Shown: positions 36,619 through 50,550, numbered from the whole stretch's first letter. The stretch: 56,907 bases of DNA, filler included, from Platydemus manokwari (GCA_037951405.1; 5 parts of 5 records of this genome joined end to end with filler, not necessarily neighbours in it), one strand, 5' to 3'. The notes: generated from the letters alone by a model not told the origin. Numbers and translations: made by a program.

Positions 36619-39600
36619 CTACTTGAAATTTGAGATACTATCTCATTAATTTTAAAAATTAGTTAATTTCTATTTGACTTTACTTTTGTTAATCGTCAAA
36701 TATTTGATCCAATTTCTCTTCTTTCGAGACCGGTTTTTCACATCAAATATACTGAAATAAGTTTTACAATATATACCCACTTAATGATGATATTAAAAAA
36801 AATATAATTAACCCCGAAAACATTAAAATTTATGAAAATTATTTCTTATTCCAATTCTTATAACTGTAACATTGTCTACACACTTGTCGAATCAAATAGC
36901 CACTTATCAGGAACAATGTCTTCATATTCTGCAATTGTTTGAATTATTGTGTGTGTGTGAATTCTCCAGGTTAAGTTCGGACAGGTCCGTAAGGTGATTT
37001 CCTAAATTATACAATGTGGGTTAATTTGATAAATTAACCTCGTATTGAGTAATTTATTGCATAACCTTTCCACATCAAACATTGCATACAATAAACAGAG
37101 TTTATTTAAAAGTTTTTCTAATGCACCTACTACACACGAAATTTTCAGGAAGTAATATCGATTCTGAAAGAGTTATAACGAAAAAATTAAGCTTTATTAA
37201 TAAAAGTATAACGCTATTTTTCATTTTGCAAATACAGAACGTTCTTATTTATACATCAGCTATAATTCGAAAACCTTACATAAGAAGTTACAATTTCAAT
37301 AGTAAAACTAACAATGCGTTCTAAATATGATAAAATCAGCATTATTTTAATTCTTTATTTAAACGCATGGAAAATATGCCTAGGCCGCTTAATAAAAGTG
37401 GTAAAAAAATAAATCAAAACTTGCATATCGATTAGAACACATTAAACATCACTTTATTTATTTACTCATTCTTAATTAAAAATTAAAAAAGAAATTTAAA
37501 TTTAAAATCAGACTTGGTGAAAGGTAACATAAGAACTAATTTATCTTTAACTTAGCAATGCCATTTTCGTATAATTTTCGAATATTCACCAAGGATACTA
37601 GAGAAGAATACTCTGATATAAAACCGAAATGCAATTTTAGTAGTTTTCTATTACCAAATAGCGAATGTGAATTAGATGAGAGAAGATTGGAATCCACCAA
37701 TAAACAAATGTCAAGCTCAATGTCGATAAGTTTAAATGGATGCGAAACTTACCTCTCAATAGACCGCTAGTTCCAATCGGATAACATTCTAAACCCTTAT
37801 ATTTATTATTTCTGAAGTCAGGTTTCTAACAAATGAGTGTATGTCATCAAGTTTGCACCACATTTACTTCTAATAAGCAAGTTTTTTGACAATTTTGTTT
37901 ATTTGAGCTTTTTAAAAATCTCATTAAAAATGCACATCAATTTTTGTGGTTTGAGATTGAAGCAGTGATTGTAGATGTGCCATAATATGCGCGATATTTA
38001 AATAATTGTACCTTGATTTACTCATCTATGTTTTGCATGAAAAATGTAATTTTAAAATATTTCATGAATCCGATTACTAGCTAAGAGTAATAAAACTTTT
38101 AGTTTTAAAAAGCTTTGATTTTTTATCTTTAAGATTTATTAAATAGTTCGGAATAACAATAAAACTTCGGAATTAGTTATAAGTTAATATTTAATAGTTT
38201 TACCAAAGAATAAAAGTATAAAAGTTTTAAATAGCCAGGAAAAATAATTAAAAAAAATAACTATAACTACTTAGCGAATAATTTATGAAAACCGAAGAAA
38301 TAAATTTTACGTAATTAAAAATAAAAAAATAACCCAAATATTACGTGACACCAAACAATTTTTGCATAACAACCGCAAAATAAGTGCGTTGCTAAACGAA
38401 AAGCCTCGTTAATAGGTTAATAATATTGAGTAACAAGTCAGGAAATATCGAATGAAAAAGAAAAGCAATTAAGAGGAAATCCAGTTTCGATTAAGTTAGG
38501 CGGTAAGCAATAAATAGGAAACATATATATGGAAATATGAAATAAAGTGAATTGGGAGTAATTAAGTTCACAAAAATTAAGCATTGATTTAATCGGAACA
38601 CCAAAGAAAGTTAAGAAGAGAGAATAGCGATGGGAATTATGAAGGCACTAATCGCAAAAGCAAGTTATCACTCGCTAACTACAAAAATTCGGATAAGCAA
38701 ATTTTCTCTAAGTGTGACACGATCTTGTCAGTTCTAAGTAAAGTTATCTTCCACACATTCCATGTTATGAAGACTGTGCGCACCTTATTTCGATAAGTCT
38801 CTCGATTTCATTTGAAGAGCTTTGTGCTAATAGATTGTTTATCATTTCTAACGTATATTTTTAATCATTAAATTATTTGGTTTATGTGACGAGTATTTCA
38901 GTAGCTTTATACTATGGTTTCATTATGGTTTTTTACAGTTGCGTTATCAGTTTAGTTTCATTTTACGTCAGTACATTAAGTAGTTGTCTCCATTCACAGT
39001 ATTTGTTATTAGTAAGCAACGATCAAAGTAAAATTACGTCACAGTCTCTAGTTATTATTTCGGATGATGATAAGTACTCATTAGATAAAATCTGAACTAT
39101 ATTTTTTAAATATTAAAGAATTCTTTTATCCAGATGTTTTTCGTATTTCTCCAGACATCGGGATTAATATTATTTTTGAACTTATGTGTTTTCTTATTGA
39201 TTATAAATAAATCATCTGAATGAAACTTTATATTAAATTTGATTCCTTTGTATAGAATCTTGTAACACTCATTTTCTAGCATTACAAAAAGGCTGGTGCT
39301 TTTAAGAAAGAATCGTTTGATATACGAAATTTAATTAATGAAGTGCAATGTTCTTACCAACAAAGACATTCGTGCGATTTTCCATGATCTAATTAATTAA
39401 ACACGATAATGACAATGCCAATATTTACTTATATTTTTGATATCAGTAAAGACAATCATTCTTGTTGTTCTGTCAGAGTAGTCGTCATGAAAATGTTGTA
39501 CACAGTGGAAAAATTAATTTTTTAATTTCAATAGTGATTATAACAACATATTTGCATTGCCGGAGAAAAACCAATGGGACGTTTCGGTCAAAGAAATTCA

Positions 39601-40565
39601 AAAAAGTGAATGACTTCATTGAACAAAAAACTATAGCCAAGTTTAAGGTGAAATTATATTTGAAGTTATATATTAAGATTTTCTATAAATAAATTTGTTG
39701 GAAACTCAGAAATTTTCTAGCATTTCTTCCAATCAAAGGGATTGATATTGCAAGACTGTTAAGTAATAATAAAATAATAATTATAATTACGTTCCGCGAT
39801 TTCAGAATTATCTCCATAAATCTTATTTTCGCCCACCACATCCCTCGTCAATGTGTCAGCACAGAGACCTGTAGGACGAAGAGACTCTTAAGAGAAGCTA
39901 TTATCTTATAAGTCTGATAAAAATAAATAAGGCAAGTTACACCAAGTAATTCAAAATCCGGAATTATTACGTAGTGTTTAGATTTTCAACAAGTACCGAG
40001 AAATCTAAATTTCCTAACAAGAAACACATTTTAAAGTTTTATTGTAGTCAGACTGGAACTCGAGGTTCCTAATAACCTTCTAGTAAAACAACTCCAAGTG
40101 GATTTGTGATTAAAATGCGATTTTTATTGTTGATTAAATCTCAATGAGACATCTTTATTTAATAATAATAATAATATCATTATTATATTAATTATATATA
40201 AAATACATATATAACTGTTGTTAAAAATAGTGGAAAAAATGTTAAAATGTTAACAAAAATATATTATAACCAAAGATATCGAACTGCATCATCAGGAGTA
40301 CCAAAGTGCTTGCACACTAAACCACTTTTTGATTGGTTAAAATTGTTTATAGAAAATTTTGTAATATTATTTGAAATAAGTATAATTTTTCTCTAAAAAT
40401 TTTGTTTTATCTGAACCAATCATATAGAATCATAAATATTCAAATTGAATTTCAACGAAAAAACGATATTAAAAAGTGATTCGAAAATAATAACAAATGG
40501 AATAAAAATATATTTACAAATATCTCAGCTCTTCTAATAGTTCTGAAAATCAAATCACAGCAAAA

Positions 40566-41344
40566 TTATTTGTTAAAAGAATGGCGTTTTTTCTTAATTT
40601 TTGAAAAGTCTGTCATTTTCTTTTGGGTGGGTGATTTTTGTTCAAAGAATTCGTGTTTGATTTGATTTAAATTGGTATTGTCCATTTTTTTGTGTTTGTG
40701 AATGAATTTCTTGGCTGAATTGAATACCTTTTCCAACATTGCTCCGCTGCGACGACGAATGCTGGATTTTGTTTGTTGTTTATTGATTGGAGTCGACATG
40801 ACATTGGTTTCTGGTGTGATATCAAATTCGCCTGATAAATGAAATTTATCTGGGGATCTTTTCCGATTTTCCGGTGTCAACGTAATGGCAGTGTTTGATA
40901 GATTGGACTCAACATGGTTATCGATTAATTTGTAATGTAATGGATTTTTGGGAACCGAACAAACTATTGGAAGTGTTTTATCCATAGCTGTCCTGAAATC
41001 GGTGATATGTGCTCTCTGGCGGAGAATTCTATCAAACAAATGGTATTGACAAAATAAAGGAATTCAAAAGAGAATCATACTTGATGTTACTGTACTGTAT
41101 TTCATTCATTGAAAATATTTTCCTCTGATCAATAATTTGTATATAATCTAGAGAAAACAAAATAATGAGTCTACCAAATGGAGCTTGAAATTATTATATA
41201 ATACATATTTGATTTGCAATCAACCATGAATCCATCACAATTACTTTCTAGAATTGTATATGTGATTGTATGCAATTCAGCTATAACTGTATGGTATCAA
41301 TAAATTCCGTAAAATAAACAGACTTCCAAAATATCGTTATTCAT
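40566..41344 (-). CDS. Hypothetical protein, 4 predicted exons
   Basis: MNNDILE|KVIVMDSWLIANQIY|YIQIIDQRKIFSMNEIQYSNIK|ILRQRAHITDFRTAM...; three short in-phase GT-AG introns; basic C-terminus with several TP/SP sites. Confidence 0.65.
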
Positions 41345-43339
41345 TATAATCATCAAGAAGTAGTAATAATAGTCGACATAAACCGTTATAATTAATTTAA
41401 AATTGGTTTACATTCGTTAACAATCGTTATTTGGATATTTTACGTTTAAGAAAATTTTAAAATAATAATTAACTTACATTGAATTAAGTTCCAAAACAAA
41501 ACAGCCCGTAAATAAAAATTAAAGCCCTATGATACTGAAAATTCGATTGATGGAAGTTATATTGTTTGAGAACTTAGAATCCAGCCAATGAAAATGCAAA
41601 CAAATAGATATTGGTTGGAATATTTAATTAATCGGTATTACATAATAATTGTTTCAAAATTACAATTTATTCGTGATATTCAATTTTTGATTCAAGATTT
41701 TTAAAAGTTCGTTTGGAGAATTCGAAATAAGCATCACAGAACGTAAATCCAGTCAAATTATTTGTGTCTGATCAATTTTTATAATTAATATTATCACCAT
41801 TAATCTTATTGATCACTATAGTATGTATGTGGACTATTTTAAGATAATTTCTAAACCCCATACAAATACATTTGTGTGTTTCTACAGGTTTGTTTAATCA
41901 CTCGACGCTGATTTGAAATTTATCTTTCACAAACTGATATTATAAAATAGAAAGATATGTCAATACATTATCTAACAAGTGGACTAGTTAAATTGTTTTC
42001 ATTTCCCCGCTGGGTTTCGTTTTTGTAAATCGCCGATACAAACAATGTTGATAAATTTGATAAATATTTGTTTTCCTCATAACTGTTTCTCTTCTCAATG
42101 AGACATATCATTGTTGATAAAAAAATTTTATCACACATATAACCCTTGGAAATTTCATCGACATGTCAAGACGAAAATCTGTATTATCAATCATGATGCA
42201 ATGGACTAAAATCATCAAGTCCATTTAGAACACTAAGGGAATGACAATGATTGTTATGTCATACAACAGAGACATTAGATAATTGAATCATAAAGGTGTT
42301 GATCGGTCCATAGTGGTCAACAGGTGACACACATTGATTGTTTGATTTGTTAATGAAGACAACAGGGGAAGTTGATTAAATTTAATTATCTTTTCAAATG
42401 TCAAATTATGATTATATCTGTTGATTATTAAATGTTTATTTTATAACTATTGTATACTTCATTAGTAGTATGGTTTTCCTAAAAAACATAAGTTTAGATT
42501 ATCTATTAATTGTTTTTTTTAAATAAAATATTACTTTCAGTTTTGTGATTCGCTATTAAACAATTAAAAATACATATTATAGTATATTTTCCGACTTGTT
42601 GCTTTTAATTTCTTGCCCATTATAGATTTATTAATTGAAATAATGACATTTTTTAAGAAATAAAATTTCAATTATCATAACATCCAAAGGTCAGTTATAA
42701 ATAAAAATTTCGAAAATCTACAATAAATCGATAATATTAATTTGACATTTAAAGATGGATTCAAGAAATTTTTAGTAGATGTTAAAATTTGTATTTGAAA
42801 AATTAAACGAAATGTTTTAAAGCAATTTCGTTTTAGTAACCAATAGAACAAAAACGTTAGTATTTTGGAAAATTTTAAAAAGTTTTATAATTATTTATGG
42901 ATATTCAGCCATAATAATTGAACATTGTTAGATGTTTAGAATGATTAAACACCTCAGTTACTAAAATTCATTGATATGAACAGTCAATAATAATATTAAT
43001 TGGATTAATTTAATTGCGTAACAGACAGTTTGGTTTTTATTGAGGTGAATGACATCATTGCGGTAGTAATTGCAAAATTGAATGAAAATTTGATTGAAAA
43101 TGTTTTCCTATTTTGTGGAAATGGGATCTTTTTTATAATTACCGTTGTTTTAACGTGAAAAATACATTATTATCAATTTATATCTATCAAATATTTATAG
43201 AAAATTTGATTGAATAGAGGATATTTTATATTTTAAACATTTTTCTATAATAAAATCTTTGACGGTAAATTTTATTTAATTAATTAATTAAATGTTTCAT
43301 TCAAATAATTATTTATGAGTGTAAGTTATAACGGTAAGA

Positions 43340-44630
43340 GATTTCTCATATTGACTGATGTATTACTTAATTCACAGTACAGAAACTAATGGTTTTTTCT
43401 TTGCTGCACTCCTGATCTTGGATACAAGATCCTTTCAATGACTAAATTTACATGGCTAAACTAGATTCTCTAAGGCAGACTGAAAATCATTAGTGAATAA
43501 TCATTATACTAATGGTCATTTTAAAGGGGTCTAACGATTTGAAATATGAGATATATGTGAGAAGTCTGTTTAGCAAAATCTGCGAAAAATTCATTGAGAT
43601 CAGTGAAACCTGTCCAATAAAATGTCAATTGTTCGAGGTGACAGATCTCAGTTTTTATTATTGAAAGAACATCTACTAAAGATTAAGGCGAGACTTTCAT
43701 TTGAGAAAATAGAAAACAGATCACTAGAAGATAGCATGAAGATTTATCAGTAAACATTAAGATTATTGAAGAATGTTGGTCGACGAAGTTGTATCTCAAA
43801 ACATTTGATATAAGAATAATAAAGGAAACCATAGTAAATAATGAAACTGATATTTTCTTTAAATCAATATACCTTTTATCTGACCAATAGATTCTAAATC
43901 ACAATACGAAGGCAAATGAGAGGCTCGACTTTAGTGGGATTAAGTTATATAAAGATATTTTGTCTTTTTCGTTTATAAAATTAAATATATAGATATAATA
44001 AGTGCTGGTACTTGATGAGATTTGTGTTTTGGTCTATTGGAATGGTAACTTTTTAGAATTTATTCTTATATGATATAAAATTCTTTCTATAAAACTATAA
44101 ACACTTCTCTCGACTATATCTTCTTTTCGATTAAGGAAGCTGAGTAAAAGAGACTTAAATTTGTATCGAATAACATTATTGGTCAAAAACAACAAATACA
44201 AGGTAACAGTTTTAAAATATGAACGATATCCTTTACAAATGTTGTAAATTATTTCGCTTGTGAAAACAGTTATTCAGACTTAAACACCACATTATTTGAG
44301 ATCAATAACGACTTCTTAGTAATAAAAGAATATAATGATATTTCATCTATAAATCAAGACTTACCTTTAAAAAGAATTCCAAAAATGTTCTTATTCGTAA
44401 TGAATTATATTCAACCAATGAATAAAAAATGAATTTCATATTTGTTCCAAATTTCAATCTTTATAATAGCTTATCAAAATGGAATGTACGGATAACAAAA
44501 CTAAAATTATGAAGAATGGGTACAGATAAACGAGCACTCGTAGAAGAAACTGCTAGATGGAATAACTCAATAAAAGGTAAATATGAGAGACAATTTTTGG
44601 TAGATAAATCATTATATATTATCACCAAAT
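43340..44630 (+). pseudogene. Decayed hAT transposase (Charlie/SPIN/GTF2IRD2-like)
   Basis: Relics in the expected order: ETCP..QLFEVTDLS..ITRR..EDLSVNIK (~43600-43765), VLDE (~44008), CTD (~44484), HCIIHQ-like (~44610). Confidence 0.55.
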
Positions 44631-44819
44631 CACACACACGCCAATATCAGTTGTTGGGTTACTAACAACTATTTGAATCTACAAATCTGTATTATCCAAA
44701 ATATTACACTTAAAGTCTCAACAATAACAATAACAAATCTTTACGCAATTCACAAAGAAAATCATTCAAGATGGGATCAGCGCCCGCAAGTCAAAAACAG
44801 AATGAAAAGTAATCAAACA

Positions 44820-45190
44820 TGCTGATTACTAAAATCACACATAAGCTAAGCTCTAAAGTTGCCGACCAAAGAAGACTGGCAGATATCCATGGAATTCATC
44901 TTTTATAGACCCATCGGGTGTGTCTGTTTAATGTCAGGGATCTTCGTTTTCAATTCGCTGAATTTGTTTGTGAATCGATTTACTTGAGATTTTCCTTATA
45001 TCTCCCACGTCATTGGCGGATATTTGAGATTGCTGCCGTATGTAGGCATGTACCTGTCGATTCTCAGCTTCTAAATATTGATTAACATTAAAAACGAATC
45101 TGATTGGTTAAAATATTTGTGTGTATTGGCCCTTTTTAGGGTTTTCCCTTGGTCCTTGGGACCCTTTTGATTGATTTGTGTTATACCCAA
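44820..45190 (-). repeat. Dispersed repeat copy B (inverted relative to 19061-19430)
   Basis: See copy A. Confidence 0.85.
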
Positions 45191-46308
45191 TAAGGTTAAT
45201 AAAATTAAATCGGATATTGAGTACAACTGATTTTCATATCAATCAACCTAATTTGCCACATTAATTATTTGACGAAGACTGGGGTGTTTCCTAACTCTCA
45301 AGATAAATATATCTCAGATCTAATAACGGTCATGGAAGAATCGAATTTCCTTCAGAGTTTACACTTCAGATTTTTTGAATTCTATTTCTATTATTATTTG
45401 ATAACTCACTAATATTTCCGTTGATTACCATTGCTATAGTTACAGCTAATTTTTATAATTATTTTATTTAAACTCGTATTATATTTATCATTTGCTGATC
45501 ATTCTCATCTGTTTCTAGATTGTACAGAAACAGTATTGTCCAGTTTATTCAAAACAAATGTTTCAAAAAATTCATAACATCATTGGGAACTAGGCTGATC
45601 ACCAAGACTGAAGAGATTTATTCGGGTATTTCGATCAGATCAGCATATTTTTCCAATCGCACTTTAAATTACATTTTAAAATATTATTATCTAATTTTGA
45701 TGACCCCATTTGAAATTTTTCTGAAGAATCTTTTATATAAATAATCGTATAAACCAAAATATAAACATCGTTAATCTTACACAGCCTTACTTAATAACTC
45801 ATTTATATTGAATCAATGAAATTGAACATATTATGTTGGGTTTAAAGGATATGTGATTCAAGCCCCCCCATTCTTCCTCATCAATTTAATTACAGACGAA
45901 TTCCTTAACAAGCACACATCAGTCAAAAATATATCAAATGAGAGAGAGAGAATCATCAATTCTCAAAAACGAATAAATGTTATTTTTGATTCATAAAATA
46001 TCTTTTGAACAAATTTATATCAAAATCAAAAATCTTATATTTTATGATAACACCAATACAATCACTACGAAACTTAAATTAACCTGAAATTAATAAAACG
46101 ACTTGGATGGTAAATTATAGATGAATTTAATAACATTCTCATCGTGACTTAGAGTACGGATGTACTCTAAGAATATAATTTTGTAAAATGAATTTAATAT
46201 TAGTTCAATCGATAATTCAGTAAAATCTTTAAATTATAAATTAATTTTAGTATCAACACAAAACAAATCAATAAGTTCAATACTTCAAACGATCAAAAAT
46301 ATCTTTAT

Positions 46309-46557
46309 TCAATAATTTGATCCTCCGATTAGAACACTAGTCACAATAATAATCGATTCTGGAGTTAACTCACAATCTTCAATTGTCTGAAAATTTTCCA
46401 AAGTCATACCATTGTATACAAAATTTAAATTCTCTGAATTCACTCCTCGCCGCGTAGAATACAGATTCTTTATATGTTCGATTTTATCACTTGGCAAAAC
46501 ATTCAAAGTGCTTATTCGTGAATTTTGTTCTAAATTATCTTGAATAGAAATAATCAT
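46309..46557 (-). CDS. Divergent ubiquitin-like protein ending LIGG-SNY
   Basis: Beta-grasp pattern: LNVLPSDKIEHIK..Y....G.....LNFVYNGMTLEN.QTIEDCEL...S.I.V...LIGG. AATAAA overlaps the stop codon. Confidence 0.85.
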   Translation of the reverse strand: MIISIQDNLEQNSRISTLNVLPSDKIEHIKNLYSTRRGVNSENLNFVYNGMTLENFQTIEDCELTPESIIIVTSVLIGGSNY

Positions 46558-47348
46558 TATATTTTTGAAGAAATTTCCTTGGATTTAATTTATTATTTGA
46601 AATATTAAACAGTGCTATAATATTAAAACAATCTCATTATTTATTCTACCAGATTTTATTTATAAGATTACGATAATGACGTGAAGATGTAAAGATTTAA
46701 TTCAAAACATAAAAATTTCTCTTTTGAAAATCAAAGCGTGAAATTCTGATTTTTTGTAGTCTAACTTTTGTACGTCATAGTCGGTTTTCACAGGTATGAA
46801 AATGTTCACTGTCCGCTTTTCTTTAAACCAATCTTCTCGTTCCGCGATCATCCCGTTTTTCATCAATTACCAGGCTAAAATCTAAAAAACAGAATATAGT
46901 CATATAAAAATAATAAAACTCATCTCCGTGGTGATTTTTTTCTGATCTAAAATGAAAATATAAGGTAATATTTATTCTATATCCTATAATCGATTTATAC
47001 ATGGATCGATTTATACAAATACAATCAGCTGGATATTCTAATCAATGCTTATGCGCAACTGAAATATGTTTACAAATTCAATAAAATATTACGTCATTAT
47101 GCTAACATTTTGATTATAAAAGACTTCATTTATAATTGATAAATTAAAACTTAAACATAATATTTAAATGATATACACTTCTTAAATGATATACACCAAC
47201 CAAGAGAATGTTGATACTCTTAAATTATTGGTTTTCAATATTAGATAATAATTAAAATTCTAAAACAACATTTATAATTGCGATCTTAATAGAAGTGATA
47301 TTGAAAGAGTTAAAATATAAATATGCAGAAAAGTGCAAACATATTTCT

Positions 47349-47448
47349 NNNNNNNNNNNNNNNNNNNNNNNNNNNNNNNNNNNNNNNNNNNNTTAATTAA
47401 TTAANNNNNNNNNNNNNNNNNNNNNNNNNNNNNNNNNNNNNNNNNNNN
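47349..47448. other. Assembly spacer (N-TTAATTAATTAA-N)
   Basis: Seen directly. Confidence 0.97.
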
Positions 47449-48530
47449 ATTAATTGTCAAAATATTTCATTCCATAATACACAAATATTTTTTAATTCTT
47501 TAACATGCAAATCCCTTAATATCTCAAAACAAGAAATATATGACTTATACCACTTTCATAATCAAGGGCACATGTAAAAAATTGGGAATTCTATTGGCAC
47601 TATATACAGTTTGTATATCCATTTATCCTGTTCTGTTTTCCTAGTGCATTATGTGTTGATATAAAACCTACAAAATCCAATTGCAAACCCTCAAAATCCT
47701 TACATTCCCATTAAATATATCAACTCACATTCGAGCTTTCTTTAATAACTTCTTAATTGATTTTTCCTATGTGTCCTTATCTGCGATAATCATTCCATTT
47801 TACATGATAATTTTAAAATTATTTCATTGAATTTTTATATCAATCCAATGCCTAACTATTTTTCAAAAAATGCTCATCAATGACTGCATTTCCTGGTTGC
47901 TGGATATGCAAATCAAAAATACGGTAGACTTTAATGATTTACGTCAGGTTTAATTCAGATTAATGCCAATGAATAAAAAACGATTTTTAATTCTGAGCTT
48001 TTCATGCAATTGGCTCAATGTAATTTTAATCATCTCATTCCGGAACTGTCTGTAACAATAATGATAAAAATAAATATTTGTCTTTTTTTTGTCACTTTAA
48101 TTTTCACGAAATAAATTTAAAATCATGTCGAAAAAGCTCGAAAAATGTCTGTTTTCCCGAATCAACCAGCTTTTCATTATTTATAAAGCATAGCTCTCAC
48201 AATACATCGTCATGATATTTGATATTATTGATTTTGAGCTTGATCACATTTCTGTAAATAATGCTTGTGATTATATTTATTTATTTATTTTAATTATTTA
48301 TTTCATAACAATAATTTAATTATAATTACAATGTGATTTATATTTTTAAAGAGTTTTTAAATTAATTTCCTTCTTTACAAAGATTTTTTTACCTCACGGA
48401 AATTAGGTTTGGATAAACAATCAGGTCCTGGAGACATTTAAATGTCATGAGTTTTTTAAAAAATTAAAATGTAGAAAACTGTTGATAATGCCTTCTAAAA
48501 TTTATTACTAAAGTGTGTGTTCCTGTTATG

Positions 48531-48756
48531 CAGTGATTTTCAACCAGTGTTCGGCGGAACCTTAAATTCAATTTCGAAAATCTATTCTATTATTATTATT
48601 ACTTCGTTATTATTTGTATTATTTTTATTATTAGTTATTGCTTAAAAATACTAAATTTAACATAATTAAACTCGCTACATTATTGTGCATGGGTTCCTCG
48701 AGCCAGAGGAATGTTTCCGTGGGGTTCCTCTTCAGTAAAAAGGTTGAAAACCACTG
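48531..48756. mobile_element. Non-autonomous hAT (Charlie/Buster-type) MITE
   Basis: TIRs CAGTGATTTTCAACC / GGTTGAAAACCACTG (14/15 match); 8-bp TSD ctgttatg / ctgtgatg (7/8 match); internal GGGTTCC motifs. Confidence 0.9.
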
Positions 48757-49420
48757 CTGTGATGAGTTATTGAAACCTTCTTACAGGCAGTAAAAGTATG
48801 ACCTGAATTTGATGAAATAATTTCCTTTGCCTAAAATTGGATTTCGGAGGGTCTCATCTTTGGTGGTTCCAATTTTTCAAAATATAATGTGAAGAAATAT
48901 TTTTTGAACTTGTTTCACGTACAGACCACATGTTGTTCCATTTGTAGCTTTTAATAGCCGAGAAATATATGGAATCGAATGTAGATATCTCGTTTTTTGA
49001 CAGATATTGACTTTAAAATCGCTTTAGAACACATAATTGGCAAGCATCGGGTTAGAATCAAATGATTTAATAAAAAAAATTATTTCCGCTGTTCTTACTA
49101 TTTTTGAAGCGTAATATTGAATAATAAAAGATCTTAAACACGACTTGATAATAAATTGAAAATCACTGCTCCGTAACTGGTTTCGGTTCTTCAACATTTC
49201 GATCATCATCAATTAATATATGTGTTCACGACATTGACGGTGTTTATTGGTGAATTTGTACAAATATTAGTGTTGTTGCTGAAATAGTTTTCAAAATCAA
49301 AAATTATTTTACAATTCTACGAATAAATGATTCATTATCATGGATTTGTTTTGATACCATTTGAATCTAAATCGATAAAACACTATTTAAATAAACGATA
49401 AATAATCAACCAAATTTCAG

Positions 49421-50100
49421 ATATCAATGTTACTGTTCTTGAATTATAATCAATTAAAAATAACATAATAATAATTATTATTTAGTCGAGTATCGATCAA
49501 CTGTCAAAACCACTTGTGGGAATCGTCAACTATGTCAACTATTTCAATGATCTGCAGACGTTTGGAGGGGATGCATTTCAAATATTGGGAAGGAGTTCTG
49601 AATTGTCAGCACTCACTGACACGGTAAATCTACTGCTTCAAATGGCTAGCTCTATAAATGGAACCCAGAATTCAATGAACACCATGCTTATCAGTTACCA
49701 GAATCTCCAAATTTACAGAAATAATACCCAATTGATAAATCAATTGACCTCAAATTTAAACATTGCCGACAATCATTTCAAGAATGCCACCAGTATGGGA
49801 ATCATCTTCAATTCCACTTTCACACAATTGATAACCAATAATATGCTCTCATCTATCATTGAAATTGCCACTGCAAATATAACAACGCTCACAAATCAAC
49901 TCATACCCTGTGGTAATGCTTCGTTTATTTTGGAAGCTGTTACGACATCATTATGTTCCACCAACAATATGAAAGATAGTCTGGCATCGTTGGGAATAAT
50001 ATTGATCATTGCAACAGTCATGTGTCAAATTATAACCATTATTGGAATCATATCTACAATATTCCGGTTGAAATTTCCAAAAAATATCTCCAAATGTTGA
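49421..50100 (+). CDS. 3' exons of a prominin-like membrane glycoprotein (partial)
   Basis: Helical Asn/Thr-rich ectodomain with many NxS/T sites, then PCG.....E....SLC....D.L and a terminal TM helix followed by RLKFPK. Splice acceptors at ~49420 and ~49485; AATAAA downstream. Confidence 0.6.
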
Positions 50101-50480
50101 ATTGATTTCGAATTATATTGTATTGATGATGTTATTTTTACAATCAATATTTGAATTTTTTTAATAAATTTATTGATTTCAAAATCATTATCAGTAAATC
50201 AAAATCGTTAATTTTATTTTCAAGTTGTATTCAGCTAAGAGAATATTACAAGTTTGGTAGTGAAAGTTTATAATTTTCATTATCGATGATTTAATTTTCA
50301 TTGATTTGTTAATGATTGATTCTGTAAAAGAAATCAGTCGAAATTAAGTAAGTCTTAGTCGATAGGAATTATTTATCACCATCTCATTTTCGTAGAGAAA
50401 CGATAGTTTTATGTTTGGATCGTTTTTTAGGTTGCGATTCTTAATTAATTTCAGATTAAGGTTTGCTCCTAACTTTAAAT

Positions 50481-50484
50481 TATA

Positions 50485-50534
<50 letters not shown>

Positions 50535-50550
50535 TATTATTATTATTATT
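50481..50550. repeat. (TAA)n(TTA)n microsatellite
   Basis: Seen directly. Confidence 0.9.

Noticed and set aside
38343-38353. TGGTGTCAC on the minus strand as a tRNA PBS
   Set aside because: The match is short and has no adjacent LTR-type CA terminus.
47880-49250. Second hAT transposase relic on the minus strand around the MITE
   Set aside because: Only faint motif hints and no consistent frame.
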